Positions 1 through 13,511 of a stretch of DNA of 64,000 nt are shown here, in pieces; the stretch's first letter is position 1, and every line of letters starts with the position of its first letter. This stretch comes from Octopus vulgaris (Eukaryota). The translations under genes and the position numbers were made by a program. The notes beneath the pieces are model-generated. The model worked only from the letters and a program-made list of their open reading frames with translations. It did no database searches and was not told where the DNA came from. The stretch covers positions 66,030,001-66,094,000 of the forward strand of contig OX597823.1 in assembly GCA_951406725.2 (NCBI GenBank), given 5' to 3'.

Positions 1-1551
1 CGCACATATATACAGAGGAAAGAACACTCACACATACATATACACGCACACACACACATACAAGGAAAGAAAGGGGGAGAGAGAGAAAGACAAGGACAAT
101 GGGACGAAGCACATAAAGATGAAGGAGAGGCTAAGAAGTTCATTTCACAATCATGATGTCCAGACTTTGATACTATTGTGTGACATCTTTCTTCTCTTTA
201 CATAACACATTTCGAGTCACACTTTGGCAGTGGACAATGGATAGGCAGGAACTGTGAGAAATCCTCTCGACTGGAATGTATCACTAAATGAAAGAGTGAG
301 CCCTTTGCTCACTGCGTCACGTCACCGCATTTTAGGAATATCATTATAAATCAAATCACATTATAGAAGAAATGGAGGGATGGTTTAAAGGCGCTACGAT
401 ATTTAGTTTCATCCCCATACGGCTTGAATTTTAGGAACAGAAATGTCGAATTATCCAAATCATTGCAGTATATTATATTGTCTCTACGTTTTCTACACGT
501 GGCCTTGTGCTAATGGACGAAATCAATAGAAATCAATAAAAGTAAAAATCAATAATCTATTCCTACTGTTAATACTCCATACTCTATCAATGTTTTATGT
601 CTGGTTACTACTATAAATTATACACATTTGTATCCAGCGATTGATTGATTTCCAACTATGTTAAGTTTCTACAATTGAATGTTTCAACTAAGAATCCAAT
701 TACAATATGTCCATACCTAATTTTCGCGCGCATTAAAAACATGTCAATATTATTATAAATTACAAGCCTGTCTATGTAACACAACAATATTATTAAGAAT
801 TAACAACCTCGTTAATATTACTTTAAGAAATCATTGCATTCATTGCGAAAAATAAATTGCGAATATATCGATTGGCCTCTTCTCGTGTTTGGTCACATAA
901 AGTCTTTTAAATCTTTCATTCAATCTGAACTTTTTAGATATTTGCAAATTTTTTTCTTAATTATAAACAATCAATAGATATTTTTACAAAAACTAAGGAT
1001 TTTTTTAATGCTTAATTTGAGGTTATGCAAAGTGATAGTTTAATTTCCGGTCGAATAATTCTGTAAAGCATGAAGTTTCTTATTTTTTATGAAGGTTGGA
1101 TCACAGTTTCGGTTCTCAATAGTGTGTCGACTAATCATATTAGTAAAGAATTTATTTTAGGTGAAATTCATGTCTAACTATCTAAAATTTCCATTTTATA
1201 CTATATTTTTATGCCTGGAGAAAATAAATTAATACATGAGTCCCTAATGCACAGAGCCCTCTCCTGTTGTCAAGCTGCAAGTAGAAAATTGGGAAACCCT
1301 ACACAAAGATCAAAAAAACAAATTTTCAGACATATATATGATTCGGTGTTTTATTCAGCAGATTTGATTTGCATTTACTATAGTTTACGGGTTATTTCCA
1401 TATCTTCTTCAGTTAGCCATCTAGACAATACTGGAGAAGGCATAAGCTTCGTTTTGCCTTACTCGTAAATTTCGTAAAGACCAAAGGGAGTGTTGCATAG
1501 TCAGTGAGGTGTATGTGATTTTTTTAACCGAGTCAGTTCAAGATCTAAAGT

Positions 1552-1696
1552 ACCCACAATCTCACTTGAAATCCTTCAAAAGTTAATTTAGTAATTCACA
1601 ATGTGGAGTCAACAAACAATACTCCAACCTACAATATCACTTGAACTCCTTCAAGCCTTAATTTAGCAATTAACAATACGGAGTCAACAAACAATA
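1552..1696. repeat. Two-copy tandem duplication, 75-bp period
   Basis: ACAAT(C/A)TCACTTGAA..TCCTTCAA..TTAATTTAG..GGAGTCAACAAACAATA starts at 1556 and again at 1631. Confidence 0.85.
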
Positions 1697-4600
1697 GTTT
1701 AAATGTCATAGTTCATCTGTATGATACTTGTGGTTTTAAAGGCAGGCGTTCACCTTGCATGTCTTAATCAGTAGTGTACTGAATCAACTGTTTAGTAGAG
1801 TGTATTGACAATTTTTCAGTTTATGAATGTGCACCATAACAGGAGATTAGTTTATACAGTAATACAACTCCCTCAATACACTCATTTTAATTCCAAACTT
1901 TTTACTTACAACTCGGCATGGCTCATTATGCTTTAATAAGAGTCTTTTATTAATAATTCCTATAAATAAACGGAACGACTTTTCCAACGATATAGAAACT
2001 GAGTTAAAACATCTAAAGCAAGTAAGGTAGAGGTAAAAACTAAAAGGAAAAAGAGAAAGAGCGATGAGGTGAAATTGGATAAGTTGAAAATACGTGTTTT
2101 AGTTCCATTAATATTTCACAATAACATACCAATTGCAGTTAGATTTTGTACTCGGATAGAGCATATATTCTGAGTGATGCTACTAAAAGCTAATATATTC
2201 TATGTGATACATGTGAACATATTGATAAGTGCAGTTTAATCATGACATTTGGGAACACGAATCGTTCTCATGTTGCACACTGAGAGAAAATATTTCGTAT
2301 GGAAATATGGAAATTTTATTTACTGTTTCCCTTTTCCACTCAGAAAACAGATCTTAGAACATAAAGAAAAATAGCATAAATCTAGAAGCGGTTCCCTCCC
2401 CTTAAGAACATTCACCCTCTCATTTCATAGAAATCTCTCTCTACCTCTCTCTCTCCCCATCTTTTTTTTTTTCTCTCTCTCTCTGTTACTCCAGAAGCAA
2501 CTATAAACAGCAGCAGTAGCAGCAACTGTTTCCAGTAAAAAAAAAAAACACTTTTGTATTACCAGCATATAAAAGGATACGTCAAATCATTATTACCTTA
2601 TAATAGGCTTTAAAAAATAAATATTTCGAAACATTACAATTAGTGGCGCTAAACATATTCAAAGCAAAGCATCACTAATCCGATTAGAAATATTTCGGGG
2701 AAAAACAAGACTATTAGCTCAGTGACTAATATTATAGTAATTTTTACTTTAAAATACCGAACTGATTGTAATAATGTAATGAATGAGATACTTTTGTTCC
2801 CTTTACAATAAACTAGTATTTCATTGTTGATACTCTGCATTTAATATGCCTATAATTATTTCGTTATTTACAAGATTAACAGGATAGTAACGGCATACAG
2901 AATTCGATCCTTCAGTTGTATGTTCTCTATACACTTGATTAATATAATAATAAAATTGTTGTAGTTCACGTATTTCTATATTGTGAAGTTTGCTTTCAGA
3001 AAGACATTTAAATTCTGCTTTAGTTATGAGCGGTGGGGGCGGTACCGTGTAATTTTGAATCTTTTTATGAAAAATGTCATCAATAGTCATACTTCTTGAC
3101 GAGAACTACACATTTTCAGACGAATAGAAAAAGTTATCTGTAAAATTGATTCCTAAATGCCAAGAATTCTAAACGGCAAAGTGCAATTTTTCCTTATTAC
3201 AAAAACGCATAGTCCGTGAAATTCAACTGCAATTCACTTTAGAAACATTTGGCAATTTAATTAGGCTACAGCCGTAGTAAATCATTTGTGATATTAATAT
3301 TGGTCTCCAATGGGATATTTTTGCGAATGGGATCATTATGTCACTTTCGCATCAGTGTATCACATGAAATATAATTCTCCATTAAATAAGATTAATACAC
3401 TTTTAGTGTTTGTTTAGTTCTTATTTCTATTCTCAATGGATAAGAGGTAAGTTCAGTCATAGTGAACAACACAGTGAAATTTTCAATTATCTTTGCTTCC
3501 ATTTCTCTTTGTTTATTCAGTTAATGTGTACAGTAAATCACCTACACATTTAAACAAAAGAATTTCTATCTTTTATTTTTAATAGCAAACAAAACTGTTC
3601 AGGGGATTTCGATACCCGCTTTATCTACAATGACGATACGATTTCTATTTTTGCTGCAGTTATTTCGCTTTTATCGACGTCACATCTACTACATTATTGG
3701 ATATCTAAAACAATGTTTTAGTCATTATTTATTTGATGATATTCATGATAAATTGTAATAATTAGTTACTACTGATCAGTATTTATTGATATCAAGATGG
3801 AAAGTCACTCTTCTGGAGCACTATTCTGTAATCTCGCGGAGAAGAGAGTATGAAACTCATAAATGTTTCAGTTCGAACACTACACACAACATTCAGGTTT
3901 CTTGTTAGGCATGGACTCGTTCTCTCCACAGTCAAAGACGACTTATTACAGGTATTACTGATTTCGATATGACACCCTATTCATCTCACCCAAATATTTT
4001 CTTTGTCATTGCCATTTAATGATGTCCAATTCACATATTTTCTTCCTTGTATCAGTATTTGATTTTCTCAATATGTTTGTATTATGATCCCTCACTTTGT
4101 AACAGGTGACGTCGTGACGCTCATTCATATTCAGTTGACAATAAGGTAATATGTACATACATTAATTGAGACAAATATCTGGAATCCATATTATATGTTC
4201 AGTTGATGGGAATGCACTTCTATTTTACCATTTACGATTTAAGGCATAATTCATTCAATTTATTCTTTTCCAAGGCATGAGTGATCAATTTTCCGAGAGG
4301 AAATTTTTTAGATGTTTTTCTTTTTCATTTAGACTCTTCCTAAAAGCAAATGACATACCTTAACGCACAAAGCATTATCCTTGAGACTGTCTTGCTAGTG
4401 TGTATCTCTTATTTCGCAGTGTCCAGTAATTGTTTGATTTTCTTACTTGTTAGAAAGTTAATTACAGTATTTAAACATTTTTGCTCAGATAGGTATAAAA
4501 ACAGGAAAAACACATAAAGGAATCATAAAATTAATCCTAGATATGATTCTATGTTCAGTCTGAATAATTACTGGCATCATTGACCATGATGTTCTGTTTG

Positions 4601-6756
4601 TCTTCCTGCAAGTTTGACAAGATAAACTTACATAATGAGGGTGTTTAGTGGTGTGTACTTTCGAGGAGAAAGAGTAGTCAACTGTTTCGGGAAAAAATCA
4701 AAGATGGAAAACGTTGGAAGTGGCAAAGTACATTGAATGAATTTCGATGAATTCTATATTGTGATTCTGCCTTCATAATAATAGAAGCTGTTGCGGGGTC
4801 TCCAGAAATAAATGAGTTTCGAATCAGCAAATTTTGATCAAGTGTCAATTAGAGTAATATACTTAAAATTTTTTGCATTCCGTGTAGTTCAAAATTTTGT
4901 TTTCCATCAAGTGGACTTGTTGATTACTTTGGACTTTGAATAAGGCAATGCTTCTCATATTCTCATGTATAGCAGATAATTACATGCTCAAGAATCGTTT
5001 GATATAAGTGGTGTCTACATGTCAAGTTTCATTTAAATACGATTATAATGTAATTGATAGAAGGATATTTCAAACCGGTGAGGAAATAGAAACTCCCATA
5101 AATTGCTTCCACTTCTTATATTTCTGTTACTCCAGCGAATCAGGTTTACTCTTTCTATTTTCACTTGTTTGAATATAATTCTCCATATCTCATTTCCATT
5201 TCTCGTAGGATTTCAGGTTTTATAGAGATAGGAAACAGCATTGCACGATTACCTGGCATGAAAAGTGTTTACCAAATCTTGGTTTTCTATTTTTCTCTTT
5301 TGTCTTAATATACCTAAAGAGGAAATTTCGAAAATATCAAAAGGTTCATAATTCGTAAAAGAAATATATTTCTCTGATTCCTTTATTGTATTTCCCATCA
5401 TCACACATTAATTTGTGCAGTTCTAGGGAAACGGAGGAAGCTTTACTATTATTCAATCATAAAGGACACTATTGGTAAACAGCTGCCATTCAAATACAGT
5501 CTTTTAACCCCCGAGAGATGTAAAGCCTTACAGTACAATTACTCAATCATAGAGTAATCTCTGTATTTGATTGACAGTTCGTTTATAGAATTCTTCTTAT
5601 TTCATATACAATGCAGCAAATAGCCGACATTATAGAAAAGTCAATTTTGTCACGATAATAACAATATATCTTATTGAATACTTGTACGTGAAGCAAATTA
5701 GTTTTACAATCTTACAGTATAATTATATAACTATTTCAAGTTTTAGAGATGAATAATGGATTATTTAGAAATAATTTCTGCTATATTTACCCTGTTTACA
5801 TGCCTATTTATCAATGAGTCTATTGCATTCCCCCTTACTCTCTGTCAGTCTGTCTCTCTCCCCCTGCTTCTCCTCTTTCTCTCTCTCACTCTGTATTTCT
5901 AGGTGATGCGTGACCAATTTTCCGTTGCAGTCGACTAAACTGAGCACAAACGGTGGTTGATTCGACTAAATTCTCCATATTCCAGTGTTCTCCATATTTT
6001 AACGATTTTCATCTGTTTCATGTCAATTTCAGCCCCGCTTTACTCTTCTTCTGATCATGTCACATACGTATACAAGTAGAAGTAATAAATAAATACATAT
6101 TAGCTTTATGACAAACCTCCATTGGAATGGATGTAGATAAAAGAGACTTTAAGGCCGAAAAGGTAAAAAATGATTGGTTCTCCTGTCGCAAGACAAAGCA
6201 TTAATTGCCAATAATTTTCTTTCCCCAGCCACAGATTTTCAGCTTTTCAGCTGCTTAGTTTTAATTTTCGGGAACAAATTTTAATGCTGTGATTGTCGGA
6301 CCAAAAGTGATATATTTTTATATCAAATTCTTTTAGTAATTTATAAGAGGACATATCAAATATTAATTTAGGTAAGTTCTGAGTAATTTACATGTAGACA
6401 TAACAGAGTTGCCAAATCGACAGTTACAATTGCATCAGTATTTCTTCTTAAACGAATTCTATACGTGTTCACAATAAGACTTCAGTTCAATGAGATCAGG
6501 GGTGGGTGTCGGGGTAAACTTGAAACATTTTGATAGGAGGTACATTTCGTTCTTGTTGCGGTTTCTCTTTGAAAACTTTATGATCTTCGGGTTTATATGA
6601 TGTGTGTGTTCATTTAAATTTTGTGTATTATCGAGTCCGGTGCGTGATTTTGGTATTTTTACCCTAAAAAAATTGTGTTACCCTGTAAAAATAAGAGGGG
6701 AAGAGAGAAAGACAGCAAAAATATTTTCAGTGATGACCACACCACATGTGTTTTGT

Positions 6757-7122
6757 ATGTTAATTACCAGTTAAAAGGGCAATACGCTAATAAAGCCTAT
6801 GATGTTAATACAGAGGAAATTTTATCATGGGGTACCATGGGGTGATTGTTTATAAAAAATATTATGTTGTATAAAGATAAAATTTAAGATTATCAAAATT
6901 GATTAACCAAAATAGGTAAAATGTGTATATATATATATCAATTATCAACGTTAAAAAGGAAAGATTACATACTTATCATTTTTGGTAATCTTAAATTTAA
7001 TCTTTATACAACATAACAATATTCCTTATAAGCAATCACCCATAGTACCCCATGATAAAATTTCCTCTGTATTAACATCATAGGTTTTAGTAGTGTCTTG
7101 CTCTTTAACTGGTGATTAACAT
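6757..7122. repeat. Long inverted repeat (fold-back), ~150-bp arms around a short spacer containing (TA)n
   Basis: 6757-6905 is the diverged reverse complement of 6973-7122, e.g. CCTATGATGTTAATACAGAGGAAATTTTATCATGGGGTAC vs GTACCCCATGATAAAATTTCCTCTGTATTAACATCATAGG. Confidence 0.9.
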
Positions 7123-10100
7123 CATGATGTAAGGTCTTCCACTACCCCACCTCCTTTACTGACAGTTACTTTATACCCAATTTACTACTAATATCTTGAC
7201 AATATTTATGACCATATCTAGCCATAACCTGTCTACTCACGCTTGCCCTTCATTCCAAACAGACACATTCCCCTAGTCTTAGTTTTCGCAATTGATATAT
7301 AGACAAATAAATTAGAAATGAACCACATTCCTTTACAAGCTATCAATTAAGCTTCATGACTTTCTTGGAAGTGTAGTATATTCTTAGCTAGAATAACGAC
7401 ATCAAGGATTTCTTCCATCTTCTTGTTCTATTAAAATATTTCAGTAAAATTATATCAATGTGTCCGACTGATTAAACTTCTATTTATTTGTGCAGCTGAT
7501 GATAGCCCCGCATTTCATTGTTTAATTAAATGGAGTCCCTTGAAACAGTCGTACTGCATCACCTCTTGATATCCTGTTGCTTATTTTGATTTTACTCGCC
7601 TTACTGACTTGTTGCTTCAACTTAAGTACTTATTTGAACTGAATCTTAATTATTTCTTATATATATTTATGTCTATTTGTCTCTATGTTTCTTTGTATAC
7701 ATCTATGGATTTAATTAAAACCATTACATTACAAAAGGAATCGTATATTTCTCTAACATTATTATACAACCACACATGTTTGTATAACTATTTTCGCAAC
7801 ATTTCTATTTTTGTTATTTGCTCTCGAATCTGGTACGATGGAAGACAATGTCAGCTCAAAAATGTTTTGGATCACAGTGAATATGTTTGATGATTCTTGC
7901 ATTCACCTTAATTTGGCAAACAAAAAAGACAATATATGTGTCTAAACCATCAGCATGCTAAAAGTAGGAGCTAGACATCCCACTAATAATCGAAGTGATC
8001 AGAAGATAAAGGCAGTCATAGATGCATCGAAAAAAAACCCGCATGATCTCGATTTGAATTAAATTTATCATAATCCTGCTTGTTCAGGCTTTACTTGAGG
8101 CTAAAAACCAGCTACTAATATTGAGCAACTATTCTGTTGTAAGCAAACGAGGAAACATTTACGTGATAGTTCGGCCTGCTATATATCGCTCCCACTTTTA
8201 AGTAAAACTGCCTTTCACCATTATAGAAACATGTCTATTCGTAAAGGCAGTCATGGACTCCTTGTACATTGAAAAAAGTGATTAAGGTCACGGCTAGAGT
8301 TTCTCTTAACATAGATTTGCTTGAACAGTGTAATTGGACTAAAACTTGACAACCAATATTGACCGATATATTAAATAGCTGTTCTGTGTTAATAATCATT
8401 ATGCTCAAAAACAAACGTTGAATTTATTACTGATTATTAATTTCTTGCTGAGTTGCTAATTCCTTGCTGCCGCTTGATAGATTTCTATAACTACTAGCTT
8501 ATTTCAGTGAGAAACATTCAAGTTAAATGTTCACATGAGGAGACTTAATATTGTCAAAGGAAATTTCATTTCTTCTTCGAAACAATATTTAAAGCTGAAA
8601 ATATTGACTTTGAGATAGTTATGGAGAGTCCTCGAATTAATATATACAATTTGTTTGACGAGGAACAAGACGATGCTGAGAATGAGTATGACATCGACGT
8701 TGCTATCATCAGTTTATTTACAACTATGAAAGAAAGAAGAAGGAATAAAAAGTGAAAGAAATATAAGAAAAGAGATGAAGAAGAGAATATAAGAGAAGAA
8801 AAAATAGAGATGAAGTAAAACATAACTAAAGAGGGGAATAAGAGAAAGGAGGAGAAGGGAAGGACGAAAAATATGACAAAATGGAAGAAGAAGGAAGAAA
8901 GTTTGCAGTTTCTTGTAGAAATTGCTGTCGGTAACTTACACCAATTTCACGCAGATAATTTATTCTCTGAGTTTTTAATTTTACTTTCTATACACAGAGA
9001 GGAAATTACTTTAAGTTTTATGATGGATGTATACGCAAGTATTATGTATTTTACGAGCCCCAAACTATTTTAACAGTAATTTCGTAAATTGATACGCCTT
9101 ACGGTTGCACTTAAATATAAATAAATGAAATCGAGTTATTCAACTTTAAAGTGCACGGTGTTCTATTCCCAGTAAGTATCAATATTTATAGAAATGAGTA
9201 TACATTGTAAGTAAATCTAGTATCACATCGTGCTTAAGACCTTCATAAACTGCATAAAGATCTTTTTACGCTAATGTTAGAACATTGCATCTCTAAACTT
9301 CAGTAAGTTATATTTATTTATCACTCACCATAAGCCCTACCCAATAGAATATTCTCATTACATTTGTGATATACTGGCTGCGATGGGTAAATTGTCACCA
9401 TTTTGTTTTTAATATCGTGCTTTCGCATTATTTGTTTTTGGTTTTGTCGACTACACAGTAGGTAGGACTATTTGTATATATATATATATATATATATATG
9501 CACAAAGTTACACATTGCTATCTCTTTTCCCGTGTAATGATTCACTCCTTCGATGATCGGATTGCAGAATTTACAGGGGGTGCATTCGTTTAGGTCGTTC
9601 TAAAGTGACATTAGGAAAACGATCTATTGTAGTTTTCAAGCATGTATGAAACTGTTCTTGTGTGCAACTATGAGGCGTGCAACCAAGCACGCTGCATTTC
9701 TCTTTTGGTGGTCATACAATTAAAATTGTCTGTTAAATTATTAGATATTTGATATTTTGATATTTTGCTATCTCTTCACGTTATCAAATCATTTACGCAC
9801 ATCTCTATGAAGCACATTTATGTGAAGCGACTCAACTTCAACAATAAAATTAAAAGTATCTATTGAAGGCATTGATCCATAATTTTAAATCCTATTCACA
9901 AAATACTGTTATCGTTCAAACTGAGCCATGTCGTCCACTTGTCCTCCAACAACTGCCAATGCCTGAAAGTCGGCATTCATACAGAATTAATATCCTTTCC
10001 TTTCAACGTAATCAAATAAAGTAGAACCACGACAATGATTTATTGCCGCATTTATGACCTGTTAGATGGGTTGCACTCATGAATCCAGATTGTTATATCT

Positions 10101-10138
10101 TCAAAGACCCTCGCAACAATTGCATAATATTATCGCTT

Positions 10139-10188
<50 letters not shown>

Positions 10189-10520
10189 CACACAATATCT
10201 TTCACCAATACAGAAATACGGATATGATGCATGGAATGGTAAAAAGATGCTATCACATTATCTATATTATAATGCTCTTAACTGTTCAGATACTAGATGA
10301 AGAATAAAGGAGATGATAGCGCACAATTGATATTTAATCTATCTGAATAGGAACTAGAAAACATCCGACGCAATACATCATCATCTTATGAAAGGATAAA
10401 ATAAGAAAATATCTACTGAAATATTCATTAGGACTTCTTATTACTCAAGTCAAACATGCGTGATCCGAATATTTTCGATTGATAACCGGTCTTCAAATAC
10501 CTCAAATGTATCACAATACA

Positions 10521-10625
10521 TTCAACGTATGTGCGTATGTTTGTATGTGCATGAGTGTATGTATGTGTGTGTGTTTTTGTGTATGCGTGTGTGTGTGTGC
10601 GTGTACTTGTATGTATGTATGTTTG

Positions 10626-10678
<53 letters not shown>

Positions 10679-10762
10679 CCTCGCCATATCGCGGTTCACC
10701 TATCGCGGTTTATTATTTAATCTTACGTCGATTCCTCCATGATTTTGTTTTGGATTTATATA
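10521..10762 (+). repeat. Direct repeat copy 1 (partner 12036-12248): microsatellite stretch plus left end of a MITE
   Basis: The 84 bp TTCCTCGCCATATCGCGG...GGATTTATA at 10677-10760 is identical to 12165-12248, and the preceding TG/TA-rich tracts also align. Confidence 0.9.
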
Positions 10763-10805
10763 TATATACATATGTATGTATATTACGTATTTATGTACAT
10801 ATACA

Positions 10806-11978
10806 TCTCTTATTATAAAAGGCAGATTTTATCTGCCTCCCTTTGGGAGTTATACAAATCTACAATATAGGATTTCTTCAATTACAATTTACCTAGCAGT
10901 TTTAAGAGTACAATGCATCGCGTCATGCCAGGTCCAGTTTTTAAAATTTAAACTCCAATTAAGCAAAATTTACAGAAACTCACATTCTGGTGTGTGTGTC
11001 AAATGCTTTTCTTAGTCTGGTTTACACCACACGCAAACGCACACACACAGTGGGCAACGAATAAAATGAAAGTAAATGTAATATTTGTTTCTGTCTATCA
11101 CGCTGATAGATACATGAGTAAAATGTATGGGAAGCTAACAGATAACAGTGAGTGAAAATGTTCTTGGAAGAGAGTAAATTAGCGACAGTGATTTGAGGAA
11201 GACTAAACTGAAACTATGAAACAGTGTTTATGTATAAACAGACGACACTTATATAAACCCTTTCGTTACCAAACCGCCCGAATTTACCTATTCATATTTA
11301 AATGAGAATATCAGAGTAAATCTCTTTAGTACATTCGTGAAAACACGTATTATACTTCGTAAACACTTCAAATACAGTTTTGTACAATAATCGAAGTGTA
11401 ATTTTAATTCCGTGAATTATGGGAGATTTTTTTCCGAAATTTGTTCCTATTGTGTTTTCAAAATTTGTAATTCTGACAAAAAATGGATACGAATTTCATT
11501 ATATCAAGCAGCGAGTCAGAATTCGAAGGATTTTCTACTGAAGACCTTCATAAATCTAACTCTATGACTGAAAAAAAAAGCATCTTTATATAAGAGTGAA
11601 GTTGTGTGTCTGTCCCCTTCGATTTACATTCGTAATTACTCCCACATTTTGCGGTGCAGTTTAACCAAAACCGGGTATCTTATAGTCGTGATTCATATCG
11701 AGCCCTTCTGGGTATTAGCGCGCGTCTACGATGAGTCTACGATTTTAAAAAAATTTACCATCATATTTTTCCATTTTAATGCATTTTTTTCGCTTTTATA
11801 TAAGGGAAGTAACTCTCTAAAAATATCTACGATGTGTCAACGATTTAAAAAAAATTTACCTTAATTTTTTTTCAATTTTTAATGCATTTTGTTTGCTATA
11901 TTTTGGCTATAACTCTCTAAAAATGCTTATATAGTTATTTCCCTTACAAACCCGAGCAACGCCGGGCGATACTGCTAG
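10806..11978 (+). mobile_element. Non-autonomous Helitron, composite (second 5'-type end at 11583)
   Basis: Starts A|TCTCTTATTATAAAAGGCAG, matching the start of the 56888 element. Ends with hairpin CCCGAGCAACGCCGGG (11951-11966) then CTAG|T. Inserted between A and T with no TSD. Internal ~100-bp tandem duplication at ~11726-11925. Confidence 0.85.
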
Positions 11979-12159
11979 TAACTGTATAAATAAAAGATAA
12001 GCACACGCACAGATATATATGTATGTATGTATCTCTCAACGTATGTGTGTGTGTGTTTGTATGTACATGAGTGTGTGTATGTGTGTGTGTTTGTGTGTAT
12101 GCGTGTGTGTGTGTGCATGTACTTGTATGTATGTATGTATAATATATATATATATATAT

Positions 12160-12382
12160 AGTATTTCCTCGCCATATCGCGGTTCACCTATCGCGGTTTA
12201 TTATTTAATCTTACGTCGATTCCTCCATGATTTTGTTTTGGATTTATAATAAAATAAATATATACAAATCATAAAAATGATAATAATAACTATACAGAAC
12301 ATCGCTGATTCTACTTCGCGGATTTTCACCTATCGCGGAGGGGTTTCGAAACGTAACACCGGCGATAGTCGAGAAAATATTA
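12160..12382. mobile_element. pogo/Tigger-type MITE, degenerate
   Basis: Imperfect TIRs TAGTATTTCCTCGCCATATCGCGG ... CCGGCGATAGTCGAGAAAATATTA, with an internal repeated TTCACCTATCGCGG, next to TA repeats. Confidence 0.65.
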
Positions 12383-12419
12383 TTATTATTATTATTATTA
12401 TTATTATCATTATTATTGC

Positions 12420-12491
<72 letters not shown>

Positions 12492-12714
12492 ATATATATA
12501 TATATTTATATATAAGTGCGTACGTATGTATATATGTAAGCAGGTATGTATCCTTTAGTGAAATATAGTTTATATGTGAGCTACTAGAAGAGTCATGTTC
12601 AGATAGTCCAGTAATTGGACGGACTCGTATACGATGCCGTATTACTTCCACCAATTGTTCAGGGTGAACGTATACTTGGCTGTTGGTAAAAAGTAAGAAA
12701 CGAGAAAAAGAAAG

Positions 12715-13112
12715 CTTGGGTTATGGAAACAAGTGTTTCCTTTCTTCCCAACCACAAGATCTGGGTCAAGTACTACTGCATGACAACTTAAGCTAGTGAC
12801 TTCTACAAAAGCCTCGCGACGATCGAAGCCCTGTAAGTGGATTTGGTTGACAGAAACTGGAAGATAGTCATATGTGTGTGTATGTGTGTGTGCGTGCTTG
12901 CGTGTGTGTGTATTTGTGTGTGTGTTTCCTGACAATCGATGTTAGTGTCTTTTATGTTCCCGTATATTAGCGGTTCGGCAAAAGAGACCGATTGACTATT
13001 ACTAGGCCTACAAAGAATAAGTGCTGGATTCGATTTCTTTGATTAACACCCTTTTAAGGTGATGCTGCAGCATGGCCACAGTCAAATGACAGAAACAATC
13101 AAAGGATTAAGA
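12715..13112 (+). mobile_element. tRNA-derived SINE family A, diverged copy
   Basis: Aligns to the 14852 and 50188 copies: GTGGATTTGGTTGACAGAAACTG, central TG tract, TTAGCGGTTCGGCAAAAGAGACCGAT, CAGCATGGCCACAGTCAAATGAC tail. Confidence 0.85.
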
Positions 13113-13155
<43 letters not shown>

Positions 13156-13470
13156 AAGGATAAAATCTTCATAAGATTTTATAATTCGGCGGCGTGCAAG
13201 ACCAATGAAGGAAAAAATTAATACAAAGTATATCATTTTGTCCTTATATATAAAATACATTCTTATATCAATGGTTATTACTTTAAGTAAAACCACACGC
13301 TGCAAAGGGAATCTAAAGTCAAACTATTTGAACGCACCGAATTCGTGGGAATAAGCATAGGAGGAATTCACTTTAGAGAGAATGAACATAGAAGAAATTC
13401 CTTGTCTATTTGACTTTAGTGACCCATCTCAGCGAAGTGGCTTTACTTATAGTACAAGCCTTTGAAATAG

Positions 13471-13511
<41 letters not shown>

